Numbered from the stretch's first letter, positions 22,342-32,626 are shown. The stretch: 64,000 bases of DNA from an uncultured Chloroflexia bacterium (GCA_963763325.1 CAVXOL010000022.1:16737-80736), one strand, 5' to 3'. The notes: generated from the sequence alone by a model not told the origin. Made by a program: numbers and translations.

Positions 22342-24906
22342 ATGCCCCGACGCTCCAAGACGGCACCTGAGAACAGTGACGCGCTAACCGATGCCGAGGA
22401 CCTGGGCGATGCCTATGTCGCCGCGCCGGAGCGGGTCAAGCCGGACGACGAATCGACCTACCTGACGCTGCCGACGCTGATCCTGCCGCAGACGTTGTTG
22501 CTGCCGCGGATGTCGCTGCCCTACCCGCTCGATGACGAGGAAGAGACCCAGGCAGTTGATGACGCCATTAAGCACGATCGGCTGATCCTTGTTCTGGCCG
22601 CCAGGGACCAGGACGAAGATGACGATGACCTCGATGACGACGAGGAGGATGAGGACGCCGACAGCGTTTCTCTCGATGAGTCGCGTGCCGGTGTCGTGAC
22701 GAGCTACGGGTCACTGGTCGCCGATGACGAGCTCTGCACGGTTGGCGTGATCGCTGAGGTTGGCCACAAGATTACACGGCCCGGTGGGCCGGCCCATGTC
22801 ATCCTCCAGGGTGTCGCCCGTGGTGTTGTCAAGGAGATCGAGCAGCGCCGGCCGTTCACGCTGGCGAAGGTCAAGCGGATCGATGACGCGAACGTTGAGA
22901 CGCTTGAGGCGAAGGCGGTCATGTCGCACGTCCTTGAGCAGGTCGAGTCGTACATCGCGATGCTGCCGAACGTGCCGGAAGAAGTCGTCACGATGGTGCG
23001 CAGCGTCGATGAGCCGGGCTGGCTGGCCGACCTGATCGCCTTCTCGCCCGAGTTCGAGTCGGCCAAGAGGCAGGAGGCCCTGGAGAGCTCGATCCGGTCG
23101 AGCGGTTGCGCCACATCTCCGTCATCCTCCAGGAGCGGCTGGAGTATCTGACGCTGCGGCACCAGATCCAGTCGGAGGCACAAGCCGGGCTGGACCGCCA
23201 GCAGCGTGAATACCTGCTGCGTGAGCAGATGCGCACGATCCAGCGCGAGCTGGGCGATGTGGCCGCGCGAAGAGGCGCTCGTCCAGGAGTTCCGCGACAA
23301 AATCGAAGCGGCCGGGATGCCGGATGAGGTCAAGACCAAGGCGCTCCTCCAGGTCTCACCGGCTGGAGCACCAGCACCCGTTCTCCCCGGAGATCGGCGT
23401 GATCCGTTCCTACCTGGAATGGCTGACCGAGCTGCCGTGGTCGATCGAGACTGAGGATAAGCTCGATCTCGAGGAGGCTGCGAGGATCCTTGATGAGGAC
23501 CACTACGGTCTGCCGAGAAGGTCAAGGAGCGTATCCTCGAGTTCATCGCTGTCCGCAAGCTTGCCGGCAATCGGATGAAGGCGCCGATCATCTGCTTCGT
23601 CGGCCCGCCCGGCGTCGGCAAGACCAGCCTGGGCCGCTCGATTGCCCGTGCGCTGGGCCGCTCCTACGTGCGAATGTCGCTCGGTGGTGTCCGCGACGAA
23701 GCCGAGATGCGTGGCCATCGGCGCACCTACGTCGGCGCGATGCCGGGCCGCGTCATCAAGGCGCTGCGAGACGCGAAGACGCAGAACCCGGTCATGGTGC
23801 TGGACGAAGTCGACAAGGTCGGCTCGGATGCGTTCCGTGGCGACCCATCATCGGCGCTGCTGGAAGTGCTCGACCCCGAGCAGAACCATTCGTTCTCTGA
23901 CCACTACCTGGAGGTTCCGTTCGACCTGTCACAGGTGATCTTCATCACGACCGCTAACCTGCTCGACCCGATCCCGGCGCCGCTGCGAGACCGGATGGAG
24001 ATCATCGAGGTTTCCGGCTACACCGAGGTCGAGAAGCTGGAGATCGCCCGCAAGTTCCTGTTGCCGAAGGCGCTCTACTCGCACGGCCTGGAAGAATCGC
24101 AACTGATCATGCCGGACGAGGCGCTGCTGCGGCTGATCCGTGAGTACACGCACGAGTCGGGCGTGCGCAATCTCGATCGAGAGGTTGGCGCGCTCTGCCG
24201 CAAGGTGGCGCGACGGGTGGCCGAGGACGCCGGAGCGCGAGAGCTGGCTGGTCGATGCGCGAGGATCTGCCGTCGTTCCTGGGTATCCCGCGCTTCGAGT
24301 TCGGGCTGGCCGAGGAGAACGACGAAATCGGCGTCGCGACTGGCGCCGCCGTCACGAGTGCTGGGGGCGACCTGCTCTCGGTCGAAGACGACGGTGATGG
24401 CCGGGAAGTCGGAACTGACGCTGACGGGCCAGCTCGGTGATGTCATGCAGGAGTCGGCGCGGGCCGCGATCTCCTACGCGCGCTCACGCTCGCAGGAGCT
24501 TGGCATCCCGGTCGGCTTCTTTGACAGCCACACGATCCACATCCATGTTCCGGCCGGTGCGATCCCGAAGGATGGCCCCTCGGCCGGCGTGACGCTGGCG
24601 ACCTCGCTCATCTCGGCCGTGACCGGCAACAAGGTCCGCAAGGATGTCGCGATGACGGGCGAGGTGACATTGCGTGGCAAGGTGCTACCGATCGGAGGCA
24701 CCCGCGAGAAGGCGCTGGCTGCCCACCGCGGCGGGATCACGACCTTCATCATCCCGAAGCGCAACGAGAAGGACCTCGACGACCTGCCCGCCACCGTCCG
24801 CGATGAGCTCGATATCCACCTCGTCTCGCACATGGACGAGGTGCTGGCGATCGCGTTCGTGGCTGCTCCACGCGCCGTCAAGGAGCTGGCCGCCGTCGGC
24901 GACTGA
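22342..24906 (+). pseudogene. lon: ATP-dependent Lon protease, multiply frameshifted as assembled
   Basis: N-domain 'LPTLILPQTLLLPRMSLPYPL'. Coiled region '[39 protein letters not shown]'. '[19 protein letters not shown]'. Walker A 'FVGPPGVGKTSLGRSIA'. 'HRRTYVGAMPGRVI'. Protease 'LTGQLGDVMQESARAA' and 'PKDGPSAGVTLATSLISA'. At least 6 frame changes, including a compensating pair at about 24240 and 24395. Confidence 0.9.
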
Positions 24907-25031
24907 GTCGACAGCCGTCAGCCGTCAGTGATCAGCCTGTTGGTCGAATGCCAGTATTCTCTCCACGGGTCAGGCGCTCAGCCTCCTGAGCCTGGCTGAT
25001 TACTGGTGACTGACGGCTGACGGCTGTCGAC
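24907..25031. repeat. Long inverted repeat/hairpin directly after the lon stop (23-bp perfect outer stem plus extension)
   Basis: Checked: 24907-24929 'gtcgacagccgtcagccgtcagt' is the reverse complement of 25009-25031. An extra pairing 'atcagcc/ggctgat' extends it. The arms contain tandem 'cagccgt'. Confidence 0.8.
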
Positions 25032-25098
25032 TCCTTGCTATACTCCGATGGCCGGACATACCCGCCGGGCCGTAACCACAGCCATCCAGGAGGACACC

Positions 25099-25428
25099 AT
25101 GAAGCTGATCTTCGCGATCGTTCAGGACGAGGACGCCGACAACCTGACCGATGCGCTCGTCAGTGAGGGGTTTCGGATCACCCGGATCGGCAGCACCGGC
25201 TCGTTCCTGCGGATGGGCAACAGCAGCATCATGGTTGGCGTCGAGGAAAGTCAGGTGCCACAGGTCATCTCGATCATCCGCCGCGTCTGCCGCCGCCGCA
25301 AGCAGATGGCGGTCCCCTACTCACCGGCGCTCGAGCCGGGGCTCCTCTACATGCCCGAGAACTTCGAGGTCGAAGTCGGCGGCGCCGTCATCTTCACCCA
25401 CAACGTCGTCCGCTTCGAGCGGCTCTGA
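25099..25428 (+). CDS. darA: Cyclic-di-AMP receptor, PII-like DarA/PstA (YaaQ, DUF970)
   Basis: SD 'caggagga' before ATG 25099. 'MKLIFAIVQDEDADNLTDALVSEGFRITRIGSTGSFLRMGNSSIMVGVEE...EVEVGGAVIF' is colinear with B. subtilis YaaQ/DarA as I recall it. Confidence 0.85.
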   Translation: MKLIFAIVQDEDADNLTDALVSEGFRITRIGSTGSFLRMGNSSIMVGVEESQVPQVISIIRRVCRRRKQMAVPYSPALEPGLLYMPENFEVEVGGAVIFTHNVVRFERL

Positions 25429-25445
25429 TACTAGAGGGATGCGGA

Positions 25446-25775
25446 TTACTCCGACGCTTCGCCGCGTGACGAGGTCTCAACCTGATCGTGGGCTGCGACG
25501 ACAAGCCGCATTACTTCGATCATGGATTCCTTCACCATGTAGTACATACCCGGGCCATTCTGGACGAACGATCCGCCTTCATCCAGATTCTCCTCTACTC
25601 CGACGATTTCTCCGAGTGGGACCTCAAACGGCTCACCTGTGGAGAGACCTGTAAACGTAACGTTCAATGTGCAGCCTCCGATGTTGCTCGACTGAGTACC
25701 GAATACGCGCGAGTTGTACTTGATAACAGACTGGTCCATCGAATCAGGTCCATCAATATAGCGTGAGACGCCCAC
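25446..25775 (-). CDS. Hypothetical small protein in a low-GC islet
   Basis: 109-aa ORF in a visibly lower-GC intergenic islet between darA and the M20 gene. No recognisable motif. A possible start is the internal 'MDQSVIKY'. Confidence 0.3.
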   Translation of the reverse strand: MGVSRYIDGPDSMDQSVIKYNSRVFGTQSSNIGGCTLNVTFTGLSTGEPFEVPLGEIVGVEENLDEGGSFVQNGPGMYYMVKESMIEVMRLVVAAHDQVETSSRGEASE

Positions 25776-25837
25776 TTCTGAGATACGAGGATCTTCCCGA
25801 ATCGTTCCTGTCCGGTACCCTCTAGCGGATCTTCAAT

Positions 25838-27061
25838 TTGGGCGATCGGATTCATTGGGACGGAAGATGGAAACAGGTGGATCATGTCGCAAGTGTCCCG
25901 CAGGTCGACCGGGAGCGGTTGATCGAAATTGTCACGGAACTGGTTGGTATTCCGAGTGTCTCGGGCGATGAGCTGGCTATCATGCAGCATGTCGCCGGGT
26001 TCTTCGAAGGCGCCGGTGTCAAGCATATTGTCACAGCGAAGGATCCACAGCGGCCGAACGTCGTCGCGTCGATCGGCAACGGCAACGGGCCGGTGATCGC
26101 GATGAACGGGCATCTGGATACGGTTCCGGTCTCCGACATCGACCGCTGGAAGACTGACCCGTTCAAGGGCGTCCTGAGCGAGGACGGCAAGCGCATCTTC
26201 GGGCGCGGGTCGTCCGACATGAAGGGCGCTGTCGGCGTCATGCTGTACGTCATGACGGCGCTGAAGGACGTGCCACTGAATGGCACGCTTCAGGTCCACG
26301 TCGTCTCCGACGAGGAGCGTGGGGCCGATTACGGGACGAAGCACCTGCTGGCCGAGATTGAGGCCGGGAATCTGCCGAGGCCGGACTATGTCCTGATCGG
26401 CGAGGGAAGCCAGCTCAAGGTTCGCAACGCCGAGCGGGGCATCTTCGGCTTCCGGGTGCGCTTCATCGGGCGGGCGTCGCACACGGCGGCCGCGCGAGTA
26501 TCCGGCATCAACGCGATCATGCTGGCCGCGAAGGGCATTCTCGCGTTGGAAGGCGACATCGACCGCGAGCACCCGGCCATCGGCAAGCCGGTCATCTCGG
26601 TCAACAAGATCGAGGGCGGGATCGTCTCCAACATCGTGCCGGGTGAGTGCATCATCACCGTTGACCGGCGGACGATCCCCGGCGAGACGCGCGAGAGCGT
26701 CCTGGCCGAGGTGCGCGAGAAGCTGGACGCCGTCAAGGCGGAGGACCCGAACTTCAACTACGAGATCCTTGCCTCCGACGAGGAGGAGGGCTACACGCCG
26801 GCCAACATCACCGACGAGTCGTCACCAATCGTCCGTGCCTTGCAGGATAGCGTCGAGACGGTACTGGGCCGCGAGCCGGAGTTCTTCAAGACCTGGGCCG
26901 GCGCGACCGATGGTCGGCTCTACCGCTTTGCCGGGATCGACACGGTCGGTTTCGGCCCGAGCGGCGAGGCCGCCCACGGCGCGAACGAGGCCGTCTACGT
27001 CGACGACCTCGTGACGCAGGCGCAGGTCTACATCGCGACCGTCCGCAACCTGCTGGCGTAA
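25838..27061 (+). CDS. M20 family metallopeptidase (ArgE/DapE/ACY1-type deacylase)
   Basis: 'VTELVGIPSVSGDE', 'AMNGHLDTVPV', 'GRGSSDMKGAVGVML', 'HVVSDEERG'. The likely true start is the in-frame GTG at about 25877. Confidence 0.8.
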   Translation: MGDRIHWDGRWKQVDHVASVPQVDRERLIEIVTELVGIPSVSGDELAIMQHVAGFFEGAGVKHIVTAKDPQRPNVVASIGNGNGPVIAMNGHLDTVPVSDIDRWKTDPFKGVLSEDGKRIFGRGSSDMKGAVGVMLYVMTALKDVPLNGTLQVHVVSDEERGADYGTKHLLAEIEAGNLPRPDYVLIGEGSQLKVRNAERGIFGFRVRFIGRASHTAAARVSGINAIMLAAKGILALEGDIDREHPAIGKPVISVNKIEGGIVSNIVPGECIITVDRRTIPGETRESVLAEVREKLDAVKAEDPNFNYEILASDEEEGYTPANITDESSPIVRALQDSVETVLGREPEFFKTWAGATDGRLYRFAGIDTVGFGPSGEAAHGANEAVYVDDLVTQAQVYIATVRNLLA

Positions 27062-27064
27062 GCC

Positions 27065-27996
27065 GCTCGCATTGCCCGAACGCCTGGCATCAGTCCGCTG
27101 ATCCAGCTGGCCGTCGTCGTCAGCGCGTCCGCCAAGCGCGGCGACGACGCCGTCCAGCCCGCGGCTCTGGTCGCGGTTCTCCGGGGACTCCTTGCCGATC
27201 GGGGTGTCGGCGACGAAGCGGTAGAGGTCGGCGGCGCCCTGCAGGATGAGCGGGGTCAGGCCGACATCGGCGAAGGTCGTCGCGATCTCCTCCATCTCGC
27301 CGACCCAGCGGTAGGCTTTCGGCGGCATCGTCGGGACGGATCGCTCCAGCCAGGCGAGGACATCGGGGACGCTGTGCTGCTGCTCGGCGCGAGCGCCTCT
27401 TCGAGTCCGAGGGCGCGGGCCGCCACCAGCAACTCGACGCCGAGCGCCTGAAGTCCCTTGGTCAGCGCGCCGTAGCACATCTTCAGGCCGGACGCCTGGC
27501 CCATCTCGTCGCCGATGACGCGCACGTCCAGGCCGTAGTGCGGCCAACGCTGCCGCCTCGTCTGCGCCGGGGCCGGAGGCATAGAAGCGTGTGCCGGGCC
27601 GGCGCGGTGGCGCGCCGATGATGCCGATGTCGGCCACCCGTCCGCCTGCCGCAGCTGACAACCTCGCCGACCTCTCGTACCGTGCGCGGCGCGATCGCGT
27701 TGCAGTCGACGTAGAACAGATCGGCCCCGGTTGCGCGCAGCGCGTCCGCCACCTTCGTGGCCGTCTCCAGCGCGACGGCCGGGACCAGGACCGAGAGGAA
27801 CACGTCCGCCGCCTCGACCAGTTCTTCAAGGCTTGGCACATCCTCGATACCCGCCTCGGCAGCCAGCGCCCGCGAGCGCTCGCTGCGTCCGGTCAGGCAG
27901 GTGAGCACGCGCAGGCCGTTGTTGTGCAGCACCGCGCCAATCGAGTGTCCCATGTCGCCAGGGCTGAGCAGGCCGATTGTGGTAATGGACATGGGT
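27065..27996 (-). pseudogene. NAD(P)-binding 6-phosphogluconate-dehydrogenase-like oxidoreductase (DUF1932-type C-terminus), frameshifted; 3' end uncertain
   Basis: N-terminus 'MSITTIGLLSPGDMGHSIGAVL' is a Rossmann GxGxxG-like motif. Continuation pieces lie in other minus frames: 'AAGGRVADIGIIGAPP', 'GLKMCYGALTKGLQALGVELLVAARALGLEEAL', 'AYRWVGEMEEIATTFADVGLTPLILQGAADLY'. At least 3 frame changes. Confidence 0.65.
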
Positions 27997-28094
27997 GATC
28001 CTTTCATGATGTCTGAACTGAGTCCGTTGCGCTTCGCAATCATGACACGCTTCCGCCTGGTACGATGCAGCACTCGCTTCAGGAGGTAATGTCG

Positions 28095-28505
28095 ATGCCG
28101 GCTCCTCGTTGGTTAGCGCGCTCGAACCGCTATGTCCTGAATCCGATCCTCGGACGGCTCGCACGGCACCTGCCCGGCTTCGGCGTCGTCATTCACACCG
28201 GCCGGAAGTCGGGCCGGACCTATCGAACGCCGGTCAACATCTTCACTCGCGACGGCGGCTATGTCGTCGCGCTGACCTACGGGCGCGAGTCGGAGTGGGT
28301 GCGGAACGTTCTCGCCAGCAGAGGTTGTCGGCTGGAGACGCGTGGACGCTCGCTGCAACTAATCGAGCCGCGACTCGTCCACGACGAAGACCGTCGCGCT
28401 GTTCCGGCTCCAGTTGGGTTCGTCCTTGGTCTGTTGCGGGTGAAGGATTTCCTTGAACTCAATCGGGAAGACAATTCTGCAGGTTCGTCGTCACCATCCG
28501 CGTAG
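28095..28505 (+). CDS. Deazaflavin (F420)-dependent nitroreductase-family oxidoreductase (DUF385)
   Basis: SD 'aggagg' upstream. 'NRYVLNPILGRLARHLPGFGVVIHTGRKSGRTYRTPVNIFTRDGGYVVALTYGRESEWVRNV' is typical of the family. Confidence 0.75.
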   Translation: MPAPRWLARSNRYVLNPILGRLARHLPGFGVVIHTGRKSGRTYRTPVNIFTRDGGYVVALTYGRESEWVRNVLASRGCRLETRGRSLQLIEPRLVHDEDRRAVPAPVGFVLGLLRVKDFLELNREDNSAGSSSPSA

Positions 28506-28563
28506 GGACAAGTCTCAGACATGTCCGCGCCGTGAGGCGGCCACGCGGATGGTGACGACGAAC
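28483..28563. repeat. Composite hairpin: degenerate REP-like palindrome (28501-28532) nested in an outer 20-bp inverted repeat
   Basis: 'cgtagggacaagtctcagacatgtccgcgccg' resembles the REP family found at 54.4-56.0 kb. The outer arms are 'gttcgtcgtcaccatccgcg' (28483-28502) and 'cgcggatggtgacgacgaac' (28544-28563). Confidence 0.6.
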
Positions 28564-28665
28564 CATTGGGGTTGCGGAACGCGGTAGGATAATCACTGTT
28601 ACGCCAGACAACCGACGTACCACGTCAGATCGCGACCGTACGCACGGTTTCTGGGCATCCAGCAA

Positions 28666-28694
28666 TTGACCGGGACGGGCAAAAGGGGTAGAAT
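28666..28694 (+). promoter_or_regulatory. Sigma70-type promoter candidate for recA (TTGACC-17 nt-TAGAAT)
   Basis: TTGACC at 28666-28671, a 17-nt spacer, then TAGAAT at 28689-28694, about 70 nt upstream of the recA start. Confidence 0.55.
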
Positions 28695-28706
28695 ACGACA
28701 AGGATT

Positions 28707-28722
28707 TAGAACATCCATTCTA
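28707..28722 (+). promoter_or_regulatory. SOS-box-like site (GAAC-N4-ATTC; one mismatch to the Gram-positive type GAAC-N4-GTTC)
   Basis: 'TAGAACATCCATTCTA' lies immediately downstream of the -10 element of the recA promoter candidate. Confidence 0.45.
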
Positions 28723-28762
28723 CTTTTCGGTGCGACCGTTCCGCCAGATGAGAGGTACCGCA

Positions 28763-29830
28763 GTGAGCGAACGCGACAAGGCTATCGAGGTCGCTCTGGC
28801 GACGATCGAGCGTCAGTTCGGCAAGGGCTCGATCATGAAGATGAGCGAGTCGACCCGGCTGCCAATCGAGGGGATCCCGACCGGCTCGATCGCGCTGGAC
28901 ATGGCGCTCGGCATCGGCGGTGTCCCGCGCGGCCGGATCATCGAGATCTATGGCCCGGAGTCGTCCGGTAAGACGACGCTGGCCCAGCACATCATCGCCG
29001 AGGCGCAGAAGATGGGCGGCGTGGCCGCCTACATCGATGCCGAGCACGCGCTCGACCCGCTCTACGCCGAGCGGTGCGGCGTCAACCTCGACAACCTGCT
29101 CATCTCGCAGCCGGACACCGGCGAGCAGGCGCTGGAGATCACCGAGACGCTGGTCCGCTCCGGCGCGATCGACATCATCGTGGTCGACTCGGTCGCCGCG
29201 CTCGTGCCGCGCGCCGAGATCGAAGGCGACATGGGCGACTCGCACGTCGGCCTCCAGGCGCGACTGATGAGCCAGGCGCTGCGCAAGCTGACCGGCGCGA
29301 TCTCCCGCTCGCGGACCTCGGTCATCTTCATCAACCAGCTCCGGATGAAGATCGGCGTCATGTTCGGCAGCCCGGAGACGACGACCGGCGGCCAGGCGCT
29401 CAAGTTCTACTCCTCGGTGCGGATGGACATCCGCCGGATCGAGACGATCAAGCAGGGCACCGACTCGATCGGCAGCCGCGTCCGCGTCAAGGTCGTCAAG
29501 AACAAGGTCGCGCCGCCGTTCCGCCAGGCCGAGTTCGACATCATGTACAACGAGGGCATCTCGAAGGCCGGCAGCGTCCTCGATGTCGGCGTCGAGCTGG
29601 GCATCGTCCGCAAGAGCGGCGCCTGGTTCTACCTCGAAGAGGACCGGCTCGGCCAGGGGCGTGAGAACGCCAAGGAGTTCCTCAACAACAACCCCGACAT
29701 CCTGAACACGATCGAGTACCGCATCCGCGCGACCTCGCCGGAGTTCGCCGGCCACGACGCGCCGCAGGACGAGGTGCTGGCGATGGCCGGCGCCACCAAC
29801 GGCCTGATCGAGGACGACGAGATCGTCTAA
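28763..29830 (+). CDS. recA: Recombinase RecA
   Basis: '[24 protein letters not shown]', Walker A '[11 protein letters not shown]', '[11 protein letters not shown]', '[22 protein letters not shown]', '[22 protein letters not shown]'. Start taken at GTG 28763 after SD 'gagagg'. ATG 28748 or GTG 28730 are alternatives. Confidence 0.95.
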   Translation: MSERDKAIEVALATIERQFGKGSIMKMSESTRLPIEGIPTGSIALDMALGIGGVPRGRIIEIYGPESSGKTTLAQHIIAEAQKMGGVAAYIDAEHALDPLYAERCGVNLDNLLISQPDTGEQALEITETLVRSGAIDIIVVDSVAALVPRAEIEGDMGDSHVGLQARLMSQALRKLTGAISRSRTSVIFINQLRMKIGVMFGSPETTTGGQALKFYSSVRMDIRRIETIKQGTDSIGSRVRVKVVKNKVAPPFRQAEFDIMYNEGISKAGSVLDVGVELGIVRKSGAWFYLEEDRLGQGRENAKEFLNNNPDILNTIEYRIRATSPEFAGHDAPQDEVLAMAGATNGLIEDDEIV

Positions 29831-29851
29831 CCGGTTACGACACGAAGACGT

Positions 29852-29888
29852 ACGACGGGCGCTCAATCGGGTGCCCGTTGTCGTTTTC
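29852..29888 (+). terminator. Intrinsic terminator candidate downstream of recA
   Basis: Stem 'acgacgggc' (29852-29860) pairs with 'gcccgttgt' (29873-29881) with one G-T pair. It is followed by 'cgttttct'. Confidence 0.55.
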
Positions 29889-29935
29889 TGTCATCAATGT
29901 GGTGGCTGCCTCGTCGAGATGCGAGCAGTCGAAAA

Positions 29936-29998
29936 CCCCTCCCCAACCGCTCCCCTGCGAAGGGAAGGGCTTTTCGCAGGGGAGCGGTTGGGGAGGGG
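29936..29998. repeat. C4TC4/G4AG4 nested-palindrome family copy (26-bp perfect arms, 11-nt spacer)
   Basis: Checked: 'cccctccccaaccgctcccctgcgaa' (29936-29961) is the reverse complement of 29973-29998. Confidence 0.85.
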
Positions 29999-30002
29999 TT
30001 TC

Positions 30003-30765
30003 TTACACCTCGATCGTTTCGCCATCTCCTGGAACGAGCACTCGCTCGCTCAAACCCAGCATCTGCGACAGCCTGCGACAGCATCTCGCGCGTTAGCAGG
30101 CAGTGGTTGATCGTGTCCATGTGGACGGCGATGATCTTCGCGTTCGGGGCTGCTTCGGCGACGCGGATGACCTCGTCGGCTGTCATCGTGATCGGGTCAC
30201 CCTTCAGGAACTGGGCCGCGCCAGCGTTAAGGACGATCACGTCAGGCGTGTGCGCGTTCAGGGCTGCTTCGACCTCCGGACACCAGACGGTGTCACCCGC
30301 AATATAGAGGGTCGGCTCGCTGGACGCGCGGAAGACGAAGCCGGAGACGTGGCCCATCAGCGCACCGATCTCGCCGGTGCCGTGCTGGCCACCGGTGCGG
30401 GTGACCTCGAAGCCATGCCAGCGTTCTCTCTCGTCAATTGTGATCAGGTTGCTGTAGCCCTCGGCGGTGAGCTTGTCGACGTCCGGCGGCTGGCAGACCA
30501 TCGGTGTCTCGTGCGGGATCAACTCACCCGCGCGGGCGTCCCAGTGGTCGCGGTGTGTGTGCGTCACGAAGACGCCATCGACGCTGGCGATGAGCTGCTG
30601 GAGCTCGTCGTCATCGATCGGCAGGGGCAGCATCGGGATGCGATGGGTGTTGGCTGCGTTACCGATCGGGTCCAGGGACTCCTTCTCGGCCAACATCGGG
30701 ATCGACCAGGATACTGATGTCGCCCCAGTCAACGACGATCGTCGCATGGCGCAGCAATCGAATCT
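30003..30765 (-). pseudogene. MBL-fold metallo-hydrolase, frameshifted near both ends as assembled
   Basis: Core 'VFVTHTHRDHWD' is the HxHxDH-type motif. The N-terminus 'VKIRLLRHATIVVDWGDISILVDP' is in another frame (shift near 30700). The natural C-terminus 'VLVPGDGETIEV*' (stop 30003-30005) is reached only after a shift near 30040; otherwise the ORF reads through into the palindromic repeat. Confidence 0.7.
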
Positions 30766-30784
30766 TCACGAACGTCCTGTTCTG

Positions 30785-31378
30785 CTAATAGTTGAAGAAG
30801 ACCGTTTCGCCCGGCCCCTGGAGGATAATATCGAAGTGATAGACGGCGGTCGCGCCATCGTCATCGACGCGGGTAGCGATCAGCGTCCCGCGCCGGTCGG
30901 CGGGCACCAGTTGCAGGATCGGATCGTTGGCATTGGCCGGCTCGTCGGCGAAGTAGATGCGCGTGTAGAGGTGGGTGAGCAGACCGCGGCCAAAGACGGT
31001 GACGGCGAGATGTGGGGCTTGTAACCGCTCACGGTCGAACGCGACCGGCCCCGGCAGGATCGTTTCGAACCAGAAGCGGCCGTCGTCGTCGGCTCCTGCG
31101 CGGCCGAAGCCGGTGAACTCCGGGTCGAGCGGCGCGTCACTGTCGTCGTTCGGATGGTTGTAGCGGCCATAGGCGTTGGCCTGCCAGATCTCGATCATTG
31201 CGTCCGGAACAGGAACACCTTCGCCGTCGTAGACCTGGCCTTCGATCCTGATCCGCTGTCCCTCGGTGTTGGGACCGGTCAGGACATGTTGAGTGGCATC
31301 ATCGCGAACCAGGGACGGCCCAAAGAACGGGCCGACGGTTTGCGATGAGGTGAGTCCGTTGGCGCGTGTCTGTGTCAC
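30785..31378 (-). CDS. pcaG: Protocatechuate 3,4-dioxygenase alpha subunit
   Basis: 197 aa: 'TSSQTVGPFFGPSL', 'IEIWQANAYGRYNHPND', 'PHLAVTVFGRGLLTHLYTRIYF'. Confidence 0.85.
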   Translation of the reverse strand: MTQTRANGLTSSQTVGPFFGPSLVRDDATQHVLTGPNTEGQRIRIEGQVYDGEGVPVPDAMIEIWQANAYGRYNHPNDDSDAPLDPEFTGFGRAGADDDGRFWFETILPGPVAFDRERLQAPHLAVTVFGRGLLTHLYTRIYFADEPANANDPILQLVPADRRGTLIATRVDDDGATAVYHFDIILQGPGETVFFNY

Positions 31379-32114
31379 GATGGCTGCTCTCTCGGTGGCT
31401 CGAACGGCGTTGCATTCGGGCCGCGCAGGACGATGTCGAACCGATAGCCGAGCGCCCAGTGTGGCTCGGTGACATCGTGGTCGTAGGCGGCGATCAATCG
31501 CTCGCGTGCGGGTTCTGGGACGGCCATATAGATCGGGTCAAGCGCGAGGAGCGGGTCTCCGGGGAAGTACATCTGTGTCACGAGCCGCGAGCGCATCGAC
31601 TGCCCGAAGAGCGAGAAGTGGATATGCGATGGTCGCCAGGCGTTCGGATGGTTCCCCCATGGGTAGGCGCCGGGATGGATCGAGAGGAAGCGGTAGACGC
31701 CTTCGGCATCAGTCAGGCAGCGGCCCATCCCGAGGAAGTTGGGATCGAGTGGCCCCGGCCAGCTATCGCGCCGGTGGAGATAACGCCCGGCTGAGTTGGC
31801 CTGCCAGACCTCGATCAGCGTGTTCGGCGCGGGAGTACCCTCTTCGTCAAGACCCGGCCAGTAACGATGATGCGTTGCCCAATCGCTTCGCCGCCGGTCC
31901 CGGCGTTGCGGGTCAGGTCGGCGTCTTCGGTGGAGACGGCCGCGACCGCGCTGTAGGCCGGCCCCGGCCCGGTTGTCTCGGAGAGCGTCAGCGGAACGTT
32001 GATGAGCGGGAGTCCGGGCGAGCGGAGGATCGTCGAGCGGTAGGCCGCGTACAGGTATGGCGGGAAGACGTCGCGGTCGCCGAGGACGATCTCTCCAATC
32101 GTTGTGTCTACCAC
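31375..32114 (-). pseudogene. pcaH: Protocatechuate 3,4-dioxygenase beta subunit, single frameshift near 31847
   Basis: N-terminal ORF 31815..32114 ('PPYLYAAYRSTILRSP'). It continues after a 1-nt shift as 'DEEGTPAPNTLIEVWQANSAGRYLH...' into ORF 31375..31728 ('AWRPSHIHFSLFG', 'QMYFPGDPL'). 4-nt overlap with pcaG. Confidence 0.85.
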
Positions 32115-32200
32115 GGGTTGCTCCTCAGTTCTCGTCGTTATCGTTCCTGGTCTAGCGATTGAGACCGCGCCACTATACTACCAGTGGAGACGGTCGATGG

Positions 32201-32626
32201 ATGCGGACGGGGGGAGTGTGGCTGGTGGATGACGCGCGCTACGAGACTGGGATGCAGGTACGCCGCGAGGTGCTCGGTGACGAGCACGTCGAACGAGCCA
32301 GGCAGCGTGAAACCCCGCTGGACGCACACTTTCAGCGCTTCATCACCGAGACGGCCTGGGGCGCGGTCTGGTCCCGGCCCGACCTCGACCGGCGGACGAG
32401 GAGCCTGATCACGATCGCGATCCTGGCGGCGCTGGGCCGCGAGCACGAGCTGGCGCTGCATATGCGCGCTAGCCGCAACACTGGTGTCAGCGATGCTGAG
32501 ATTGCCGAGATGTTGTTGCACGTCGCGCTCTACGCCGGGATACCGGCCGCCAACACCGCCTTCGCGATTGCGAAAGCCGAACTGGGGTCAGCCATGACTG
32601 ATGATCCGTCGGGCATACCGACATGA
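32201..32626 (+). CDS. pcaC: 4-carboxymuconolactone decarboxylase
   Basis: 'MQVRREVLGDEHVERA', 'RFITETAWGAVWSRPDLDRRTRSLITIAILAALGREHELALHMRAS', 'EMLLHVALYAGIPAANTAF'. The start is uncertain (32159-32225). Confidence 0.8.
   Translation: MRTGGVWLVDDARYETGMQVRREVLGDEHVERARQRETPLDAHFQRFITETAWGAVWSRPDLDRRTRSLITIAILAALGREHELALHMRASRNTGVSDAEIAEMLLHVALYAGIPAANTAFAIAKAELGSAMTDDPSGIPT

Noticed and set aside
28706-29866. 386-aa ORF antisense to recA, and similar long antisense ORFs (e.g. 14448..15677, 19914..21041, 25664..26572, 33422..34408, 52788..53960, 1959..3041, 4909..6000)
   Set aside because: These are typical high-GC shadow ORFs opposite well-supported genes. Their Arg/Ala/Gly/Pro-rich translations carry no motifs.
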